Below are positions 13,252-26,999 of a stretch of 64,000 bases of DNA, piece by piece. Positions within the stretch are counted from its first letter, which is position 1; each line of letters starts with the position of its first letter. The translations under genes and the position numbers were made by a program. The notes below the pieces were generated by a model. It ran no database searches. It saw only the letters and a list, made by a program, of their open reading frames with translations, and had not been told where the DNA came from. Origin of the DNA: Tubulanus polymorphus (Eukaryota; Animalia; Nemertea); assembly GCF_964204645.1 (NCBI RefSeq), contig NC_134025.1:20435101-20499100 (forward strand), written 5' to 3'.

Positions 13252-14245
13252 CAGGCCGGAGTCAAATTTGGCCCATGCCCAATTAGAAAGCGTGTTCACG
13301 CGTAAACCACTCACTCGATACTAAACAATGCTCTTAAACAAAGCGAAGTGAATCACTTCCGGGAGCAGTTAGAATTCAAATTTCAGGCCTGGTCCGACAT
13401 TTTTGGTCGGGGCAAACAGGCACAGGCTTATTTGGCACCTGTGGGAACAATATTGTTCCGGGCCTAATTTGGCGCGGGCCGAAAATGCTCGCATGATCGC
13501 GGCTATAGAATCGATCTGTTTGGTTTTTTTCTTTACAGAACTAATTCATAGAATAGGCTTTACTTCTCAATTCAAACGATACCCTTTCATAGCATTCGCA
13601 CTGCGAAAACCTTTGAATTACTCAGTTTCAGCAGTGGGTTTTAAGACGTCATTAGTTGTTATCACCTTGACAATAATTACTTCTTTCGAAGTTACCACAC
13701 ACAGTTATGTACTTATCTCCTAGGCCTACACGGAGTAACCAATATTCGATCTTAAAATAGGGATTGTCCCTGTTATATATTTGGTTGGTACATTTCGTTT
13801 GATTTTTTGATTCAGTGTCCCTTACAGACCTACCACACCTGCCGCGAGTGAAACAGGGGGTTTGATTTTGAAATCAGAAATCAAAGTACAGATATAGTTG
13901 TGTGATCGGCGGTCGAGTTTACAAAAGTTTTTTGTTGAAATCGAAGTACATAATTGGGAAATTCGGTTCCGGTTCATTCAACCAATCTTATCAACTGCCA
14001 TGGAACAAGCACTTTTGGCCTGGCCAAAAACATCAAACCAGGGCCGAGCCAGATTTTAGCAAGAGACGAATGATTGCACTTGAATTGCATAGCTGGTACC
14101 GGAAATGGCCCACTTCACATTGTTTAGTATCGAGTGAGTGGTTTACGTGTGAATGCACTCTCTAATTAGGCACGGGCCAAATTTGGCTCGAGCCTGATGC
14201 GTGCCAATTTGGCCCGAGCCAAATCGTCTCCGTGTGATCGCGGCT
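13252..14245. mobile_element. Two partial MITE family A copies in opposite orientation (about 13252-13504 and 14010-14245)
   Basis: Both end in GATCGCGGCT followed by ATA; the bodies are reverse complements. Confidence 0.8.
13750..13880 (+). repeat. Dispersed ~130-bp repeat, second copy at about 50750-50885
   Basis: CTTAAAATAGGGATTG...GTGTCCCTTAC...AAACAGGGGGTTTGATTTTGAAATC is shared by both. Confidence 0.7.
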
Positions 14246-14706
14246 ATACCGACTTAAAACTGAAAAATTTGAATTCAACTTATTTCACAAGCACATGGGC
14301 TATGATGAAGTGAAGCACCCTTTCTAATTGTTATATACATCGCGTATACACGTTGAACTCGCGTATATATCTCATTAAGTATAAGTCGGTCTAATTGGTA
14401 CTTTTGAAAATTTAATTCATTACGACTGCGCAATTAGCATAGATTTTTTTTCATCGAATCCGATTTGAAGCCATCGACGACGAACGGACGGCCGTAACGT
14501 TCCAGCCGACAACGAAGTCATACTTCGTGTAGAAAAAAACCTAGAGAAAAACACAGCTGAACAAGCGAGCCAGCGAGCCGAGAAAACTAACTCGAAAGTG
14601 TATCGACGCCTCGAAAAATAACATATTGCATAATGTTGTGGACAATGAATAATATCTAAGTTTTATAATAATATATCGCGGATCGGCGAAGTTTTTTGCG
14701 GATTTG

Positions 14707-14737
<31 letters not shown>

Positions 14738-15775
14738 GATAGAATTGACTGGCAGCAACAAGACTAGCCCGATATATTGATGATGTAGTGCACATTCTCT
14801 CGAAAAAATGATTATCAAAATTCATCAAAAATAAAATAGAGTTACGAAATATATCATCTGAAAATAGAATAAATGCACAAATTCCCAATTGTAATTGTTT
14901 TTTTTGAAACGCCGATATTGATGACATAGTGAACATCGACTCATACAGAACCCCTTAAATAACGCTCAATGTTAAGATGAAATCCCACAGGTGTAACACC
15001 TGATGATGATCTCTAGCGTGAGATCAAAACGCTGTTTTTTAATTTCAATTTGATTGAATAAATTCTCGGTTTTTAACTGTTAAATTATATATAGTGGGTT
15101 TTAATCTTAATATCTGTTCACGTTTGAGTGTGGTTATTCTACTTATAGTTATCAATGTATATCATTATTGTTACGGTTTTTACATCAAACAATTATATGC
15201 TCATATTCTAAAAGATGCCTGAACTCTTTACGAAAAAGTTGGAATTCACGCAACGTGAAATTGAATGTTCGATCAGTCGACGACACCTTCAGTAGAAACT
15301 TTCAACTTCAAACTTCTAAACCTTCACCAGCGATCAAGGCTCTATTTCTACAATTCTTGAGAGCACCTCTTGGAATATAACATCCTCCATTTCGGGTATC
15401 CTGCATCAAATTTTTGCATCCCAGTTTGCATTTGAATTAAGTTTCTAATCAAGCAAACACAGGGAAAGAATGAAAACGAAAATCTAAAGGTTCATTTCAA
15501 TATTTCATATCCAAACAAAAGACAAGTATCCCCCCGGTAAACGGGACACTGCCAAAATCGAGCCCTGTTATATCTGAATTGAATGTTTTTCAAGCGAAAA
15601 AATGCAGGAAAAAATGCAGCCACTCGATTCTCATATTAGGGATAATACATTGGGTTAGTAAAGATTGTTTGTTGATCACTGATATATGATAGACCCAGCT
15701 GCACAGTTATGACTAAGATCCAATATAACCAATCAGGTTTGAAAATTTGCTCATAATCATTGATCTAAATTCAAT

Positions 15776-16040
15776 GGCCGATGATCACACAAGCAATTTT
15801 GCGATTACATAAGCGTTTTTGGTCCTTGGCCCAGCACAACTGTTTACACGGGTCACAATAATGTCGCACCAGGCCCCAACCCAGATTCTAGCATCGGACA
15901 AATGATTGCGTCAAATGACTCACTTCACTTTGTTTAAGCATTGTTTAGTATGGAGTGGGTTGTTTGTGTGTGGATTAGGCACAGGCCAAATTTGACAGGG
16001 GCCTGATCCGTGCCTATTTGGTCCGGGCCAAATTGTCTGT
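15776..16040. mobile_element. MITE family A, degenerate copy
   Basis: GATCACACAAGC start and family body. Confidence 0.75.
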
Positions 16041-16150
16041 TTGAGTACTAAGAATTTCATTTTTGGCAAACAATGAGTACAGACTAAAAAGTTAATTTTT
16101 GGCGAACGAGGAATACTTAAGAGTAAATTTTTGGCAAACAATGAGTACTT
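16041..16150. repeat. Short tandem repeat (~33-35-bp unit, 3 copies)
   Basis: TTTTTGGC(A/G)AAC repeated three times with GAGTAC/GAATAC spacers. Confidence 0.7.
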
Positions 16151-17665
16151 GGTCTATCTCATTTTCTCTATGAAAGCAGTTCGCGTAGTATGGCTAGAAA
16201 TTCTACTGAGTGAATCGATATGAAATAAACCAAATCTCGAATCAGATTCACGACAAAAAGCCACGGAAATAGGCCCTCCTAGACAGGTGGAAACAAAAAT
16301 AAAACATAAACCCATTAGCAAACATATCTATACACACGAAATTCGCAACATCCGATACGTCGGTTTCGATGTTATCACCCGAGTCCATTAATTTGCGAGG
16401 ATTATCGAGGAGGCGATCTCGCGCTCGTTTAGATTTCACGCGTTGAGCTATTACCGGTCCGAGCAAGAGAAACTCTTCTCTCGTAGCTCTCTCTCTCTTT
16501 TTGCGCACAATAAAGATAGTAACGTAGGTACCCGGGTAAATCGAAGCTTTACGCGTTGTAAACAACTTGTCTTACGAAGAACAAGGGAAGAACAAGGGCA
16601 ATGTTGCCAAGCTGTGAAAATCCACCTGTAAAGTAGAATGAATAGTAAACACTGTAGTACGGACAGGTACTAAACAGCTGTTTTATGTGTAACATCTGTT
16701 AACAAATCACTACAACTCGAAGAACCATTTTCTTTTTTTTTTATTCGGAATGCTCGCGCGTTTTAGCAGCAAAATTGCGCGGATTATTATCGAAGATGCC
16801 GCCGATTGTCGAGAAGAAATGCAACAAGCTATAGGCACCAATGGTTCTCGGGCCCAGGCCCAAATCTGGAACTCCGGAAGTCCCATGCGTTAGTTCCCAT
16901 TGCATTTTGGATATTTTGTATCTAGGGTGAATAGCTAAATTTTGTAAAGACAACTTTCTGAATTTCGACCGCGCTCCCCAGCTATGAGGTCGTCTTCAAG
17001 GTCAAATCGCTGAAAAACAGTTTTAAGCGCCTAGTTCCGCTAGGTGACACACTAGGCCCATTCTTTGCACTGCACAACTAGACCCCCATGCTGATATTTA
17101 ATCGAGTTTCATCAAGATCAACCCACTATTAACGAAGCTAAGTAAAAAAAGAAACGCAGTCATACAGACAGACAGTATATCAGGGTCACGTAATGGAATT
17201 CCAACGACAACCAACCATCTTCGATCTCTTGATTATCAGAAAACTAAAAATATGTATTATCATATGATCTTAATGTTGGATGTGACAAATCATTCGAAAG
17301 CACATCAACCTGTCAGAGGGAATTTCCTGTCAGAGGGAAATTATCCTTGTTTTTTTTTTGCGGCCTCTCTCCCATCAATGAATTATCGGGAGTAAGAGAA
17401 CTTGCTGATATTACCCTGAGAACTTGCTAATATTACCCGCCGTCCTGCCTGCTGGAAAATTCAAAATTATCTTTGAGGACTTACAAATTTTGCTTATCGA
17501 ATTATAACGTCCTCTTTTTTTCTTCGTCACTTTTTTTGAGGGACGGGAATATACAAACTATTTCTTAATATTTTGCATCTATGCAGGCTACATTACGCCG
17601 TAAATTATATTTGAAAATGAAGCATTCAATATCGATATCGTATGAATATCAAAATACTGTGGTTA

Positions 17666-18003
17666 ATAATAATAATGATAACAATATTAATAATAGTGCA
17701 ATTTATATAGCGCAGATATCCCAACTGGAGCCCAGTTCAAATGCGCTCTAAATTTGGTATTATTACCCGCAGTCTATTACTCTATTCCATGTATCAGTCA
17801 TCTCTCCCTGGGCAGAAGTAACATCTGAGCAACTACTTATGCTCAGAAGTCATATATCAGGCCAAGTACCCTTTACTCCTTGGTGGAGGGAGGCAATGAG
17901 GATAAGTGTCTTGCCCTGGGACACTACGGTAATGTACGGGGTTCGAACCCACGATCTGGCTTCCCAGAGTCAAATGCTCTAACCACTCGCCCACACCGCT
18001 CCC
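17666..18003 (-). mobile_element. tRNA-derived SINE with CORE-like domain and L2-type tail
   Basis: Minus strand: A box TGGGCGAGTGG, B box GGTTCGAACCC, then GTGTCCCAGGGCAAGACACTTATCCTC, ending GCGCTATATAAAT...(TTA)n. Confidence 0.82.
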
Positions 18004-18032
18004 ACAATATAATGTTGATAATAGTAATTTAA

Positions 18033-18316
18033 CCCTTTCAGTGCATCTACACCGCAGTGCGGTGTATAAATCAGTGATAGATTTTGCTAGTACACCGCAT
18101 TGCGGTGTATTGATGTAATTAGTAATAAGTAATTATCTCTCTTGAAAAATGGCAGCACCTGTCAAACATAGTGAAATACTAGTAACGATACACCGCGCCG
18201 CGGTGTAGATGCACTATAGTGGTATTCCCATTATTCAACACACTAGGGTGAAATTTTTTAAAATTTTCAAGTTATCTCTAGCACTATAGGGTATTAACTA
18301 GTCAGCACTGAAAGGG
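18033..18316. mobile_element. piggyBac-like MITE
   Basis: TTAA|CCCTTTCAGTGC...GCACTGAAAGGG|TTAA, with three internal TACACCGCnnnGCGGTGTA palindromes. Confidence 0.88.
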
Positions 18317-19274
18317 TTAAGTTTGAATACCGTCCGATCGAGACATGCCAATAGAAAAGAGAAAAAAACGGATTTTTCAATTAAAGGTCTTAAAACGAAA
18401 ACGACATCGGTAAACTCTACGGAAACCTAGATTCGAGAAAACTAGCTGGATGCACACCGTTCCATTATCTGCGGAGAGATCGTATCTGGAGAGGGTTTTC
18501 TGCGAATAAGAAAAGCACTTCAAAAGTTAAGAGAGGGAGTAAGTATTTCTAGCAGTCAATGCCGATAAGAACAGATAAAGATGTTAAAAACAGTTCGATC
18601 GCGGAGGTGAGTAAGCCAAAGAGACTAGACAAACACCTAGCTGATACGGATGAGTTCTCGGTCAAATATATACACCTATTTTCGAGTCATTGTCCAATTT
18701 AGTGCATCTGATACTTTGCTGCAATAGATGAATTCAGGAATTGGAAATACATATCTATTCAATCGATGATTTGCACTCTTGAATTTCGCGGGCAGATCTA
18801 AAGGGTATATTCCAGAATTCGAGAATATTTGAATTTCAAATATTCAAAAATAGGCCCCTGAAAAGATAACTACAATGAATTTTGATCCCCTTGAGAACTA
18901 TTTGACTGATAAATAATTGATAAAATGTCCAAAATTTGAATGGAGCCTGTGCAGCTCAATACAGGTATGACCCTCCATTATCTTATTGTTTTTATCGCGT
19001 CGAAAAATTCAAGTATCGCTGTGGCAACAGAACTCAATATAACATTCCAATATGATTCCTAATCAAATTCCAGGTTCGTTTTCCAAAGAAGCTATCCCGC
19101 TTAAGAAACAAACAAAATTTTTTGCTATCGGTGATCTCCTTGATTCGAAGGGCGCCACGCGAAAAACGTTGTACATTCTTTTTCAGACAAATTTATGTCA
19201 CGTTCGTCCAAGCTATATTCCACTGTATTCCAGAATATAGTCAGAATAAATGTGACTAGCATATTTCTAGAAGT

Positions 19275-19528
19275 GACGAGAGAAATCCCACAATAACCAA
19301 GCCAAGATTGAAAAATTCTATATGAGAATGATTGTATTTGAGGAGCGACGTTTCGGCTAACAACTGTTAGCCAACATCAAGTACGCCTAATGATGGCTAA
19401 CAGTTGTTAGCCGAAACGTCGCTCCTCAAATACAATCATTCTCATATAGAATTTTTCAATCTTGGCTTCGTTATTGTGGGATTTCTCTCGTCATCATCAT
19501 ACACGGATATTGTGTATCTTCTCGTCTA
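19275..19528. mobile_element. Penelope-like foldback with hammerhead-like motif and 12-bp TSD
   Basis: Near-perfect 218-bp palindrome at 19275-19492 plus a short tail. ATTTCTAGAAGT is duplicated at 19263-19274 and 19529-19540. Confidence 0.7.
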
Positions 19529-20568
19529 ATTTCTAGAAGTACCTTATCCGACAGGTCCAGAATGCCTCAGATACTAGGAATTTCCTTGTATCTGAGGTAT
19601 AAATTCTGGACCTTGTGTTATTCCCGGGAAAACGAGTCATTTTTCAAAATTTCCTTGGGGAGAATAAGTTTGCAAACCCCCTTTAATAAGCTTCGCACCT
19701 GCTATGCTCGTTACGTCTTTGGCAGATCATTGAGCAATAAATTCTAGGAAAATAGTCAAATTCACCTGCTGGATCCACACCGGTATATTGCATTACAATG
19801 ATCCCACAATTGAGAGAGGAATAATATCGGAAATACGAATAGGATTTGTCAAATCCGACCAAACATTCGAGATCCAATTCGATAATCCTCATCTCCACTC
19901 AATAACTTAATAGGTGATCATCTCCTTTTCGAAATGAAAAACCGAAGTCGATTCCCCGTGACTACGATTTCGTTCGAAATCGGTCGATTAATTTTTGCTT
20001 GAGAACGCGTTTTGAGCGACAGAATGATAGCTCATGAATAGTTAATTAAGTCAAACAAGAGTCGCGCGCGACCGCGAGAGTCAATAAACCCGTAATAATG
20101 AGTTCATAAATTTCATCGACACCGTTTATTAGAATTTGCTCGTAGTCACAAAATCCAGTCGTCCGTTTCCGAATACTATTAAGGTCGGCCGGAATTAACT
20201 GCCGTATTAGCGAACGCCTAAGTATCGGTTTAATACTTAAACGCTTTATTAACTGACCGGATGATGATAGATCGGATCCATTACTGTTTACCATAATCTT
20301 ATTATACTTGATAGATGATATCTTTGTTTCGTGGTGCCGGTCAACGGCGACAACAAAATCGCTCTTAGAAACGCTCTGAATACTAAATGTCCGGAGCGTC
20401 TCCGGATTGTGATTTCCGGTTCGAGCCCGATTTAACGCATATATTTATAAAATTTGCGGATCCTCACTTCATAGCATAAACCGGATACAATCGAACAAAT
20501 TCTCATAAATGGGAGTCACGCGAGACGCTTTCATTGTTTCAGAGATAAATCCATTTTGACGACCAAAG

Positions 20569-21001
20569 CAGGGACGGATCTAGGAAATTGGAAGGCCAGG
20601 GTTCGGAAGGAAAGAAAAGGCATTTTTCGGATAAAGCTGCGATCAAACAAGCGTTTTTGGTCTGGAACAACTGTTCACACGGGTGCCAAATGGGACTGTT
20701 AGGCCCGACCAAAAATGTCGGACCAGGCCCGAGCCAAAGTTTAGCATGGACAAATGATTGCGTTTGGATAACAACTGATACCAGAAATGACCCAACCGCT
20801 TAGTTTGAGTAACGAGTGAGTGGTTTGCAAATGAGCGCGCTCTCGCATTAGGCACTAGCCAAGTTTGGCTCGACTCGAATTTCCGAAAGGACGGACGTGT
20901 CCAATTTTTTAGTTTTTATGATCTCTGTCTCGAGGAAAGGGGCAACCTGGATAAGAAGGCACGGGTCCGGACCCCGCTGACCACCCCTAAATCCGCCCCT
21001 G
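20569..21001. mobile_element. CAGGGGCGGATC-TIR element hosting a nested MITE family A copy (about 20635-20875)
   Basis: CAGGGACGGATCTAGG ... CCTAAATCCGCCCCTG. Related termini at about 9678, 29320-29584 and 53454. Confidence 0.65.
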
Positions 21002-22239
21002 GGCAATTCTCCCTGTGTTATTCAGGACACTTATACTACATTTTCAGCTGAGAGCACTACAAGCCATCCTTTAATTTCAATGTATTTTGGCACCTTGGTA
21101 CTTAGGGATGTTGTCTATCTTCAGGCAGCAAAAAGGTTCTGATATCATCCATATAAGAAAAAATATTGTCATCCAAAAATTGTTTTTTTACAGAACGGAG
21201 ACAATCCAAGCATTTTCAGATTAAAAGTTTGAATGAAAAATTCTAATTTTGTGTAGATATGACCACCCCAGCGACTGATAAAGACCACAAGCAGCCTAAT
21301 TATTACAGATACAGATATGAATATAATTAGGCTTTTGCAGATACCTGATGGATGTTATATATCACATCCAATAGTTTTAGAGCTATTCCGTTATAAGAAT
21401 AGAAATTGCAAAAAGACTACAATAGTCAAGAATGAGAAATGGGACTATGAAGTCTGTTTGACAACATCAAAAATTTTGAACTCATCATATCCCTGACTAC
21501 TAGTTATGGCATTTCATTTTCGACCAGACATAATTCTGAATTACGACAACAACGTATCTCATTCCATGAAGACCACACTTTCGGATACAGCCAGAATAAA
21601 CCGAATGAAATAAAACAGCTGTCCAATTAACAAAACCCGTTGGTAGTCGATTGTTTTACACCGCATTACTAACCAGCACGTAATTCATACATTACGAGGC
21701 AATTGAATTTGTATCTTCTGAAATATAAATCTACATATTTGCCACTGCTAATCCTTGACTCATGTTCATTCATTTTCCCGTTTCGTCGTTTGACGTTTCA
21801 CAGATCACTCGAAAACGTTCCGAATTAAAGCCCGAATGAAATCATGGCCTTTATACGAATGGTTCATCAATTTTGAAATGCCGACGACTTCATCAGACAG
21901 AAACCGATTAGTATTTTTTTATCTCTGGATACTGAACCAGATATCAGTGTAGGTTCAAGTTTTTCCCCCAATTCCGGAGAAGTACTGTTTGCCCAGAATT
22001 GCCTCTCCAGCCACCAGGACCAAGTCCATTGCGACCTCGTCCAAATAAATCTATTTGTCATTGTCTTCATCAAAATGAATTCTTTTAAAGTGAATGAAGC
22101 TTTTCGAGCCATTAAGCAACAAGCTCCAAAGCCGCCAAGAGGATTTAAGTTGTTAACTTTTCATACTGTTCTTATCGGTCAGATTTACTTTCTTTATCAG
22201 CGGTTCTCTAAAAGAACCACAGAATTAGAGAATTAGACT

Positions 22240-23208
22240 GAGACGATTTGGACAGGGCCAAATTGGCACGGATCAGGCCCCAGTCAAATTTGGCCCGTGC
22301 CTTATCAGAGAGCGCGTTCAAACTTAAACCACTCACTCGATACTAGACGATGCTTCAACAAAGCGAAGTGATTTACTTCCAAAAGCAGGTGCAATTCAAA
22401 CACAATAACTTGACCAGTGCTAAGATTCGGCTCGGGCCTAGTCCGACGTTTTGGGCTATTGTCATCAGTCATTCATATACCGGTCCTATTAGCCGCGATC
22501 AGCCATTTTGAATAAACTTATGCTTCTATGGTTATTTAACTACTCTCCATCCGAAGATTTATTCGGACTATTGACCAAAAACTCAAATAGTTTAACGCGG
22601 GCGGATCTATACAAAACGGACGGACGCACATTTTTTATGTTTATTCGCCGATGAAGGCAGAATATTGTAATCGATGCCGGGTGTAATTATGGCTCGATAA
22701 TCCTGAACGAAACTCATTCATTATTCATCGCGCGCCGAACGAGAGAGAGTATACCACAATACGAGTGTTTCTCCGAATCATATACGTGATGAAGGCGGCG
22801 GGCGGCAGGCGGCAGCGGGCGACGCGAGTTATGCCCCATTTCGCTTCAAAACAACCCGACTGGTTCAACGCTCTGATAAAGGCGTGATCACACAAGCGTT
22901 TATGGCCCGTGCCGAATGTGGCCCGGTGAACTATTGTTCACATGGGTGCCAAATGGACCCGAGCCTGTTTCCCCTGACCAAAAACGTCGGGCCAGGCCCG
23001 AGCAAAATTTTAGCACGGGACAAACGATTGCGTTTGATTAGCAACTGGTACCGGAGACGACTCACTTCACTTTGTTTGAGCATTGATTAGTATCTAGTGA
23101 GTGGTTTACGTGTGAACGCGCTCCCTAATTAGGCTAGGGCCAAATTTGGCTCGAGCCTGATCCATGCCAATTTGGCCCGGGCCAAATCAACTCCGTGTGA
23201 TCGCCGCT
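22240..23208. mobile_element. Two MITE family A copies (about 22240-22455 partial; 22880-23208 full, TAA TSD)
   Basis: Family body in opposite orientations, flanking a CpG-rich patch. Confidence 0.82.
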
Positions 23209-26200
23209 TAAGTCAACAATCAAGTTTCGTAACATGAAACAACTTCACATTTCATAAAACAAAACAGGCTCATAAGAAGCAATTGTGAATTGCTACGGCC
23301 AATTGCTGAATTTTGACGGGTTCTAATATTGCCGCGTCAAATTCACTTTGATTGCTTCGAAAACATTGTATAGAAAAAAAAACGTCATTCAGTACATTTG
23401 CAATTGCTACAGTTCCAATGCCAAGCTGTAAAAGATTCAACAGTATTATTTTAATTAATAAGTATTCATGTATTTCTTCATATTTAAACCGTGTTTGTAT
23501 AAATGCTGTAAACTGCATGGATACGTGTATAATGTATGAACCTGTTTTTTTGTGCTCTGTGCAAATGTAAATTTTGTGGAGCAATAAACTAATTGTAAAC
23601 TAATTGTAATATAATGAAACTGATTTTATTCACGATAACACAATACTAATGAAACTTCATATGAAACATCAAGTCACCTGTGATACAGGCCCCAGATCGG
23701 TAAAGCAATGATGCTATTCAAACGCAGACTTAAGCCCCCCCCAGGATCATCCAATTGTCAGCGTTTTCTTAAATAGCTTTATTATCACAAGTAGGCCTGT
23801 TATCAACGCTAAGCATCAAACTCTCTATTACCCCTATAGATCATGGATTCTTTGTTCATTGATTGATGGTCATGTCACTTGATTATGATGAATAAACTAA
23901 CTATAACTATAACCTATAACTATGCATCAATTAAACAATTAACAGTAAAAAGTTCATTTTAAAAAAGGCCCATAATAATAACCCTTATAACCAAAGTACG
24001 GGATCCAGTTCCACAGTTGTGATTTAGATTTGTTTTAAATTCATTGAAAAATGAATCGATTTCAACTCAGTTAACTCTAACTCACCACTATGGAACTGGG
24101 CCCTGTCGCCTGGGTTCGGTTCAATTAATTACTGGTAGAAATCAGTCCAATTCTTGACATTTCAGCAAAAGTTCGAAAATATCGGTCTTCATTTAGTTCT
24201 CATACTCACTCACGATTAATCATTTTGTTTTCGACTTTAAAATATTCATACTCGCGCTATAAGACGCCTTTATTGCCTGCAAATCTAAAAGCCTAGGTGT
24301 ATTTTGAGACATTCACTACCGTGATCATTACAGAACAAATCGGTTCCATTCGAATTCATACAACAAACTTACAATTCAAGTTCACAATAGATTCAAGCTC
24401 GGTCGAGTCTTTAGAGTTCAATATCGATGACGGACTGACTGACAACCGAAGAATAATAATACATGTAGGGCATTTTCATAAATAAACCATGTCGTAGGGG
24501 CAAACTGGTACATACATCGATCCCGTATAGAGATACACCGACAAATCATCGAACTATGAAATCATAACACGATATTATGAACCCATAAACCAACACCTGT
24601 GATTGTGAAAAAAAGACTATATTGATTATGTGCTCGATTTATAGATTAAAAACGTTGATGCCCCTGAATGGATTCAACGTGTAACGGATTTCCATCGAAA
24701 ATGAAATCTACTCGCGTAAATTCACCTTTGCGTCATTCGGTATCCGCTATGCCCGACCCCGAAGCAACATTTGGGCGCGCTCGTGAACCGCTATAGGCGT
24801 AGGGGCATACACGTGTTCTTTAGTTCGTTAGTATATTGACAGTTCATAATGAATCACTATTAAATGTCCCGGCTTTGCATCTGTCGCAAAAAAAATTGAA
24901 TAAAATCACTATAGAATCATTGTGCTCAGCTGTCCCCCAAATCTCAGCTGTTGCCCCTAACGAGACAACACCAGCCACCACAGTCCCTAAACATAAATCC
25001 AATTGTAGTCGCATTGCACCATTACTCTTTAATTGTACTATTCTATTAGTTTAGGTTTTGGAATCCATCCTCTCAGCTTTTATAAAAGCATATATACAAA
25101 GATTAATCCACCCTAGATGATTCTCAAATCTGATTAATTTTCTTTGAAGTTAGTTCAATTGGACTAACAACATCATTGGTTGAAGGTCATAATCACGGTA
25201 TCATTAACATCATCATCATAGCCAGGAGACGATCAAATAATTTCTTAAGAATGCTTCAAATCGTTAACCATTATGAGCAGTGATATGGCAAGAAAGACTG
25301 TCGTTATGCAAGCTTGACATAATCTTTATAGTATAAATTTCATACAAATAGTTCAAAATCCAGCACAAAGAATAAAGAGATTATACGAAATGTTTCCTTA
25401 AGCTGATATTTAGGCCTATTCGACGTTTTGACTAAATCTCGATGGTCCTCTTCAGGAACACTAAGTCCTGCTATTTCTTTTAGGATATATGCTTAATGCA
25501 TCGAATAAATATTATCTCAAAGAAACATTTCAGACTCTTTCTATTCGTAGAGTATCGTTTTTGTCATTTTTAACAGCAGTCATGGACAGAATGTTTCGTC
25601 AATGGGTGTACTTTCTAAAAGTTGAGGTTTCTAAAAATGTCAACAATTTGGAAGAAAATTACGAGTCCCATACGCATTCCATTAAACAATGGCAACATAG
25701 TAGTTAGTAGAAAACCTGTGAATATGGGCAAAACATAATGTCCTATATAGCCAATAACAAAAACCAATACCGAGTGGGTACGGTTTTCTTTTCAGAACTT
25801 TTTTGATCGCTACACAATGTACTCTTGTTAAACACACAACAGACAACTGGGCAATTATTGAAGAAAAAAAATATGAATACTCTGGGAAAATCGCACGCGC
25901 TCGGTTTGCTTTGCTATTTCGAAACGCGAAAAACAATAAAATCTATACTTATAGTATAGATACATATCATTCCGGTGTATGATTTCGCAGTGGCGGAATA
26001 ATGTGATGAAATTTCAAAATGCATTATTTATCAATCACCTTTTCATTTGAAGAACTTTCAGACAATTGTTTTACCGGCTGCAGGATTGATATCAATATTC
26101 ATAAGCACTTCAATGCATGTGCATGTCGAGTAATACATTTGAAAAAAGCAGCAGATTCGGCACCGGCCATAATTAGATATGAATCGGGTATGAGTTGAAT

Positions 26201-26498
26201 AAAAGATTTAATTTCAATGATGCTATAATTAACTGTACTCAGCGTTAGAATCTAAAAAAGTGAACCACTTTTGAGAATAATGAAATAAGATTGACTACAA
26301 CAATGCGCAACTAATAAGCTCACCCCATACATTATTAGGATCAATGGAACAATGAAATAAGATAGTTGGCCTAAAGAATTACTACAACCAAGAATGACTG
26401 GACCCAAACTTCAACAAACCAGTACTAGAATACCTGTAACAGTATGGTGACAATAGATCTTCCCTTTGCAATGAAAAATAAAAATAAGCAATACTTAC

Positions 26499-26999
26499 GG
26501 TCCACGCGAACTCGATAGGGACCACGAGTAAATTGTCGGAACCGCTATAATCCTCTGAAAATGAAAACGTATTGGCGCCCATAACCTGACTAGAAATATT
26601 TCCGAAAGAGCACATTTTACTGGCGCTGTTTCCGATTTTAGTTTGGTATTCCTTGAGACAGAGTCGAAATACAGTTTCGCACGGGTCAATGCACACACCT
26701 GCGGCGTTGCGACGTTCCCGGTCATCGCAGCAGCTTCCATTTTTCAGTTCGGACCGCAAGTTCTGCACGGAGACGACGCGCAATTCAAAAAATCCAGAGG
26801 GATCGGACGCGTCGGACAATTTAATAAAGAACGAGAAAACAGCAGAAATGTATATTACGCTGAACATAACTCCGAAAAGAGCTATTATACACTGGTGGAA
26901 TCTATGACCAGGTTTTTCTTCGCTAAGACCATAACAAACTGCTAATAATTGCTCCTGTTCGGGTTTCATAAGACATGCACCGTCGATCAAACCCCGCAT
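26499..26999 (-). CDS. JAG1: Jagged/Serrate-like Notch ligand, coding exon 1 (long N-region, hydrophobic signal sequence, MNNL/C2 domain)
   Basis: ORF MRGLIDG...IIALFGVMFSVIYISAVFSFFIKLSDASDPSGFFELRVVSVQNLRSELKNGSCCD...CETVFRLCLKEYQ...CSFGNISSQVMGANTF...PIEFAWT matches the DSL-ligand MNNL domain. Phase-0 GTAAGT donor at 26498. The start could be ATG 26999 or a downstream ATG. The symbol means JAG1/JAG2/Serrate co-orthologue. Confidence 0.93.

Noticed and set aside
16041-16150. Short repeats with spacers resembling a CRISPR array
   Set aside because: Only three degenerate units with related spacers, eukaryotic context, no cas genes.
19765-19830. Possible missing Jagged exon (QLWDH...|GTGAAT)
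   Set aside because: No acceptor AG or homology; the real exon is at 6510-6558.
26643-26945. Plus-strand ORFs opposite Jagged exon 1
   Set aside because: Antisense shadows of a real coding exon.
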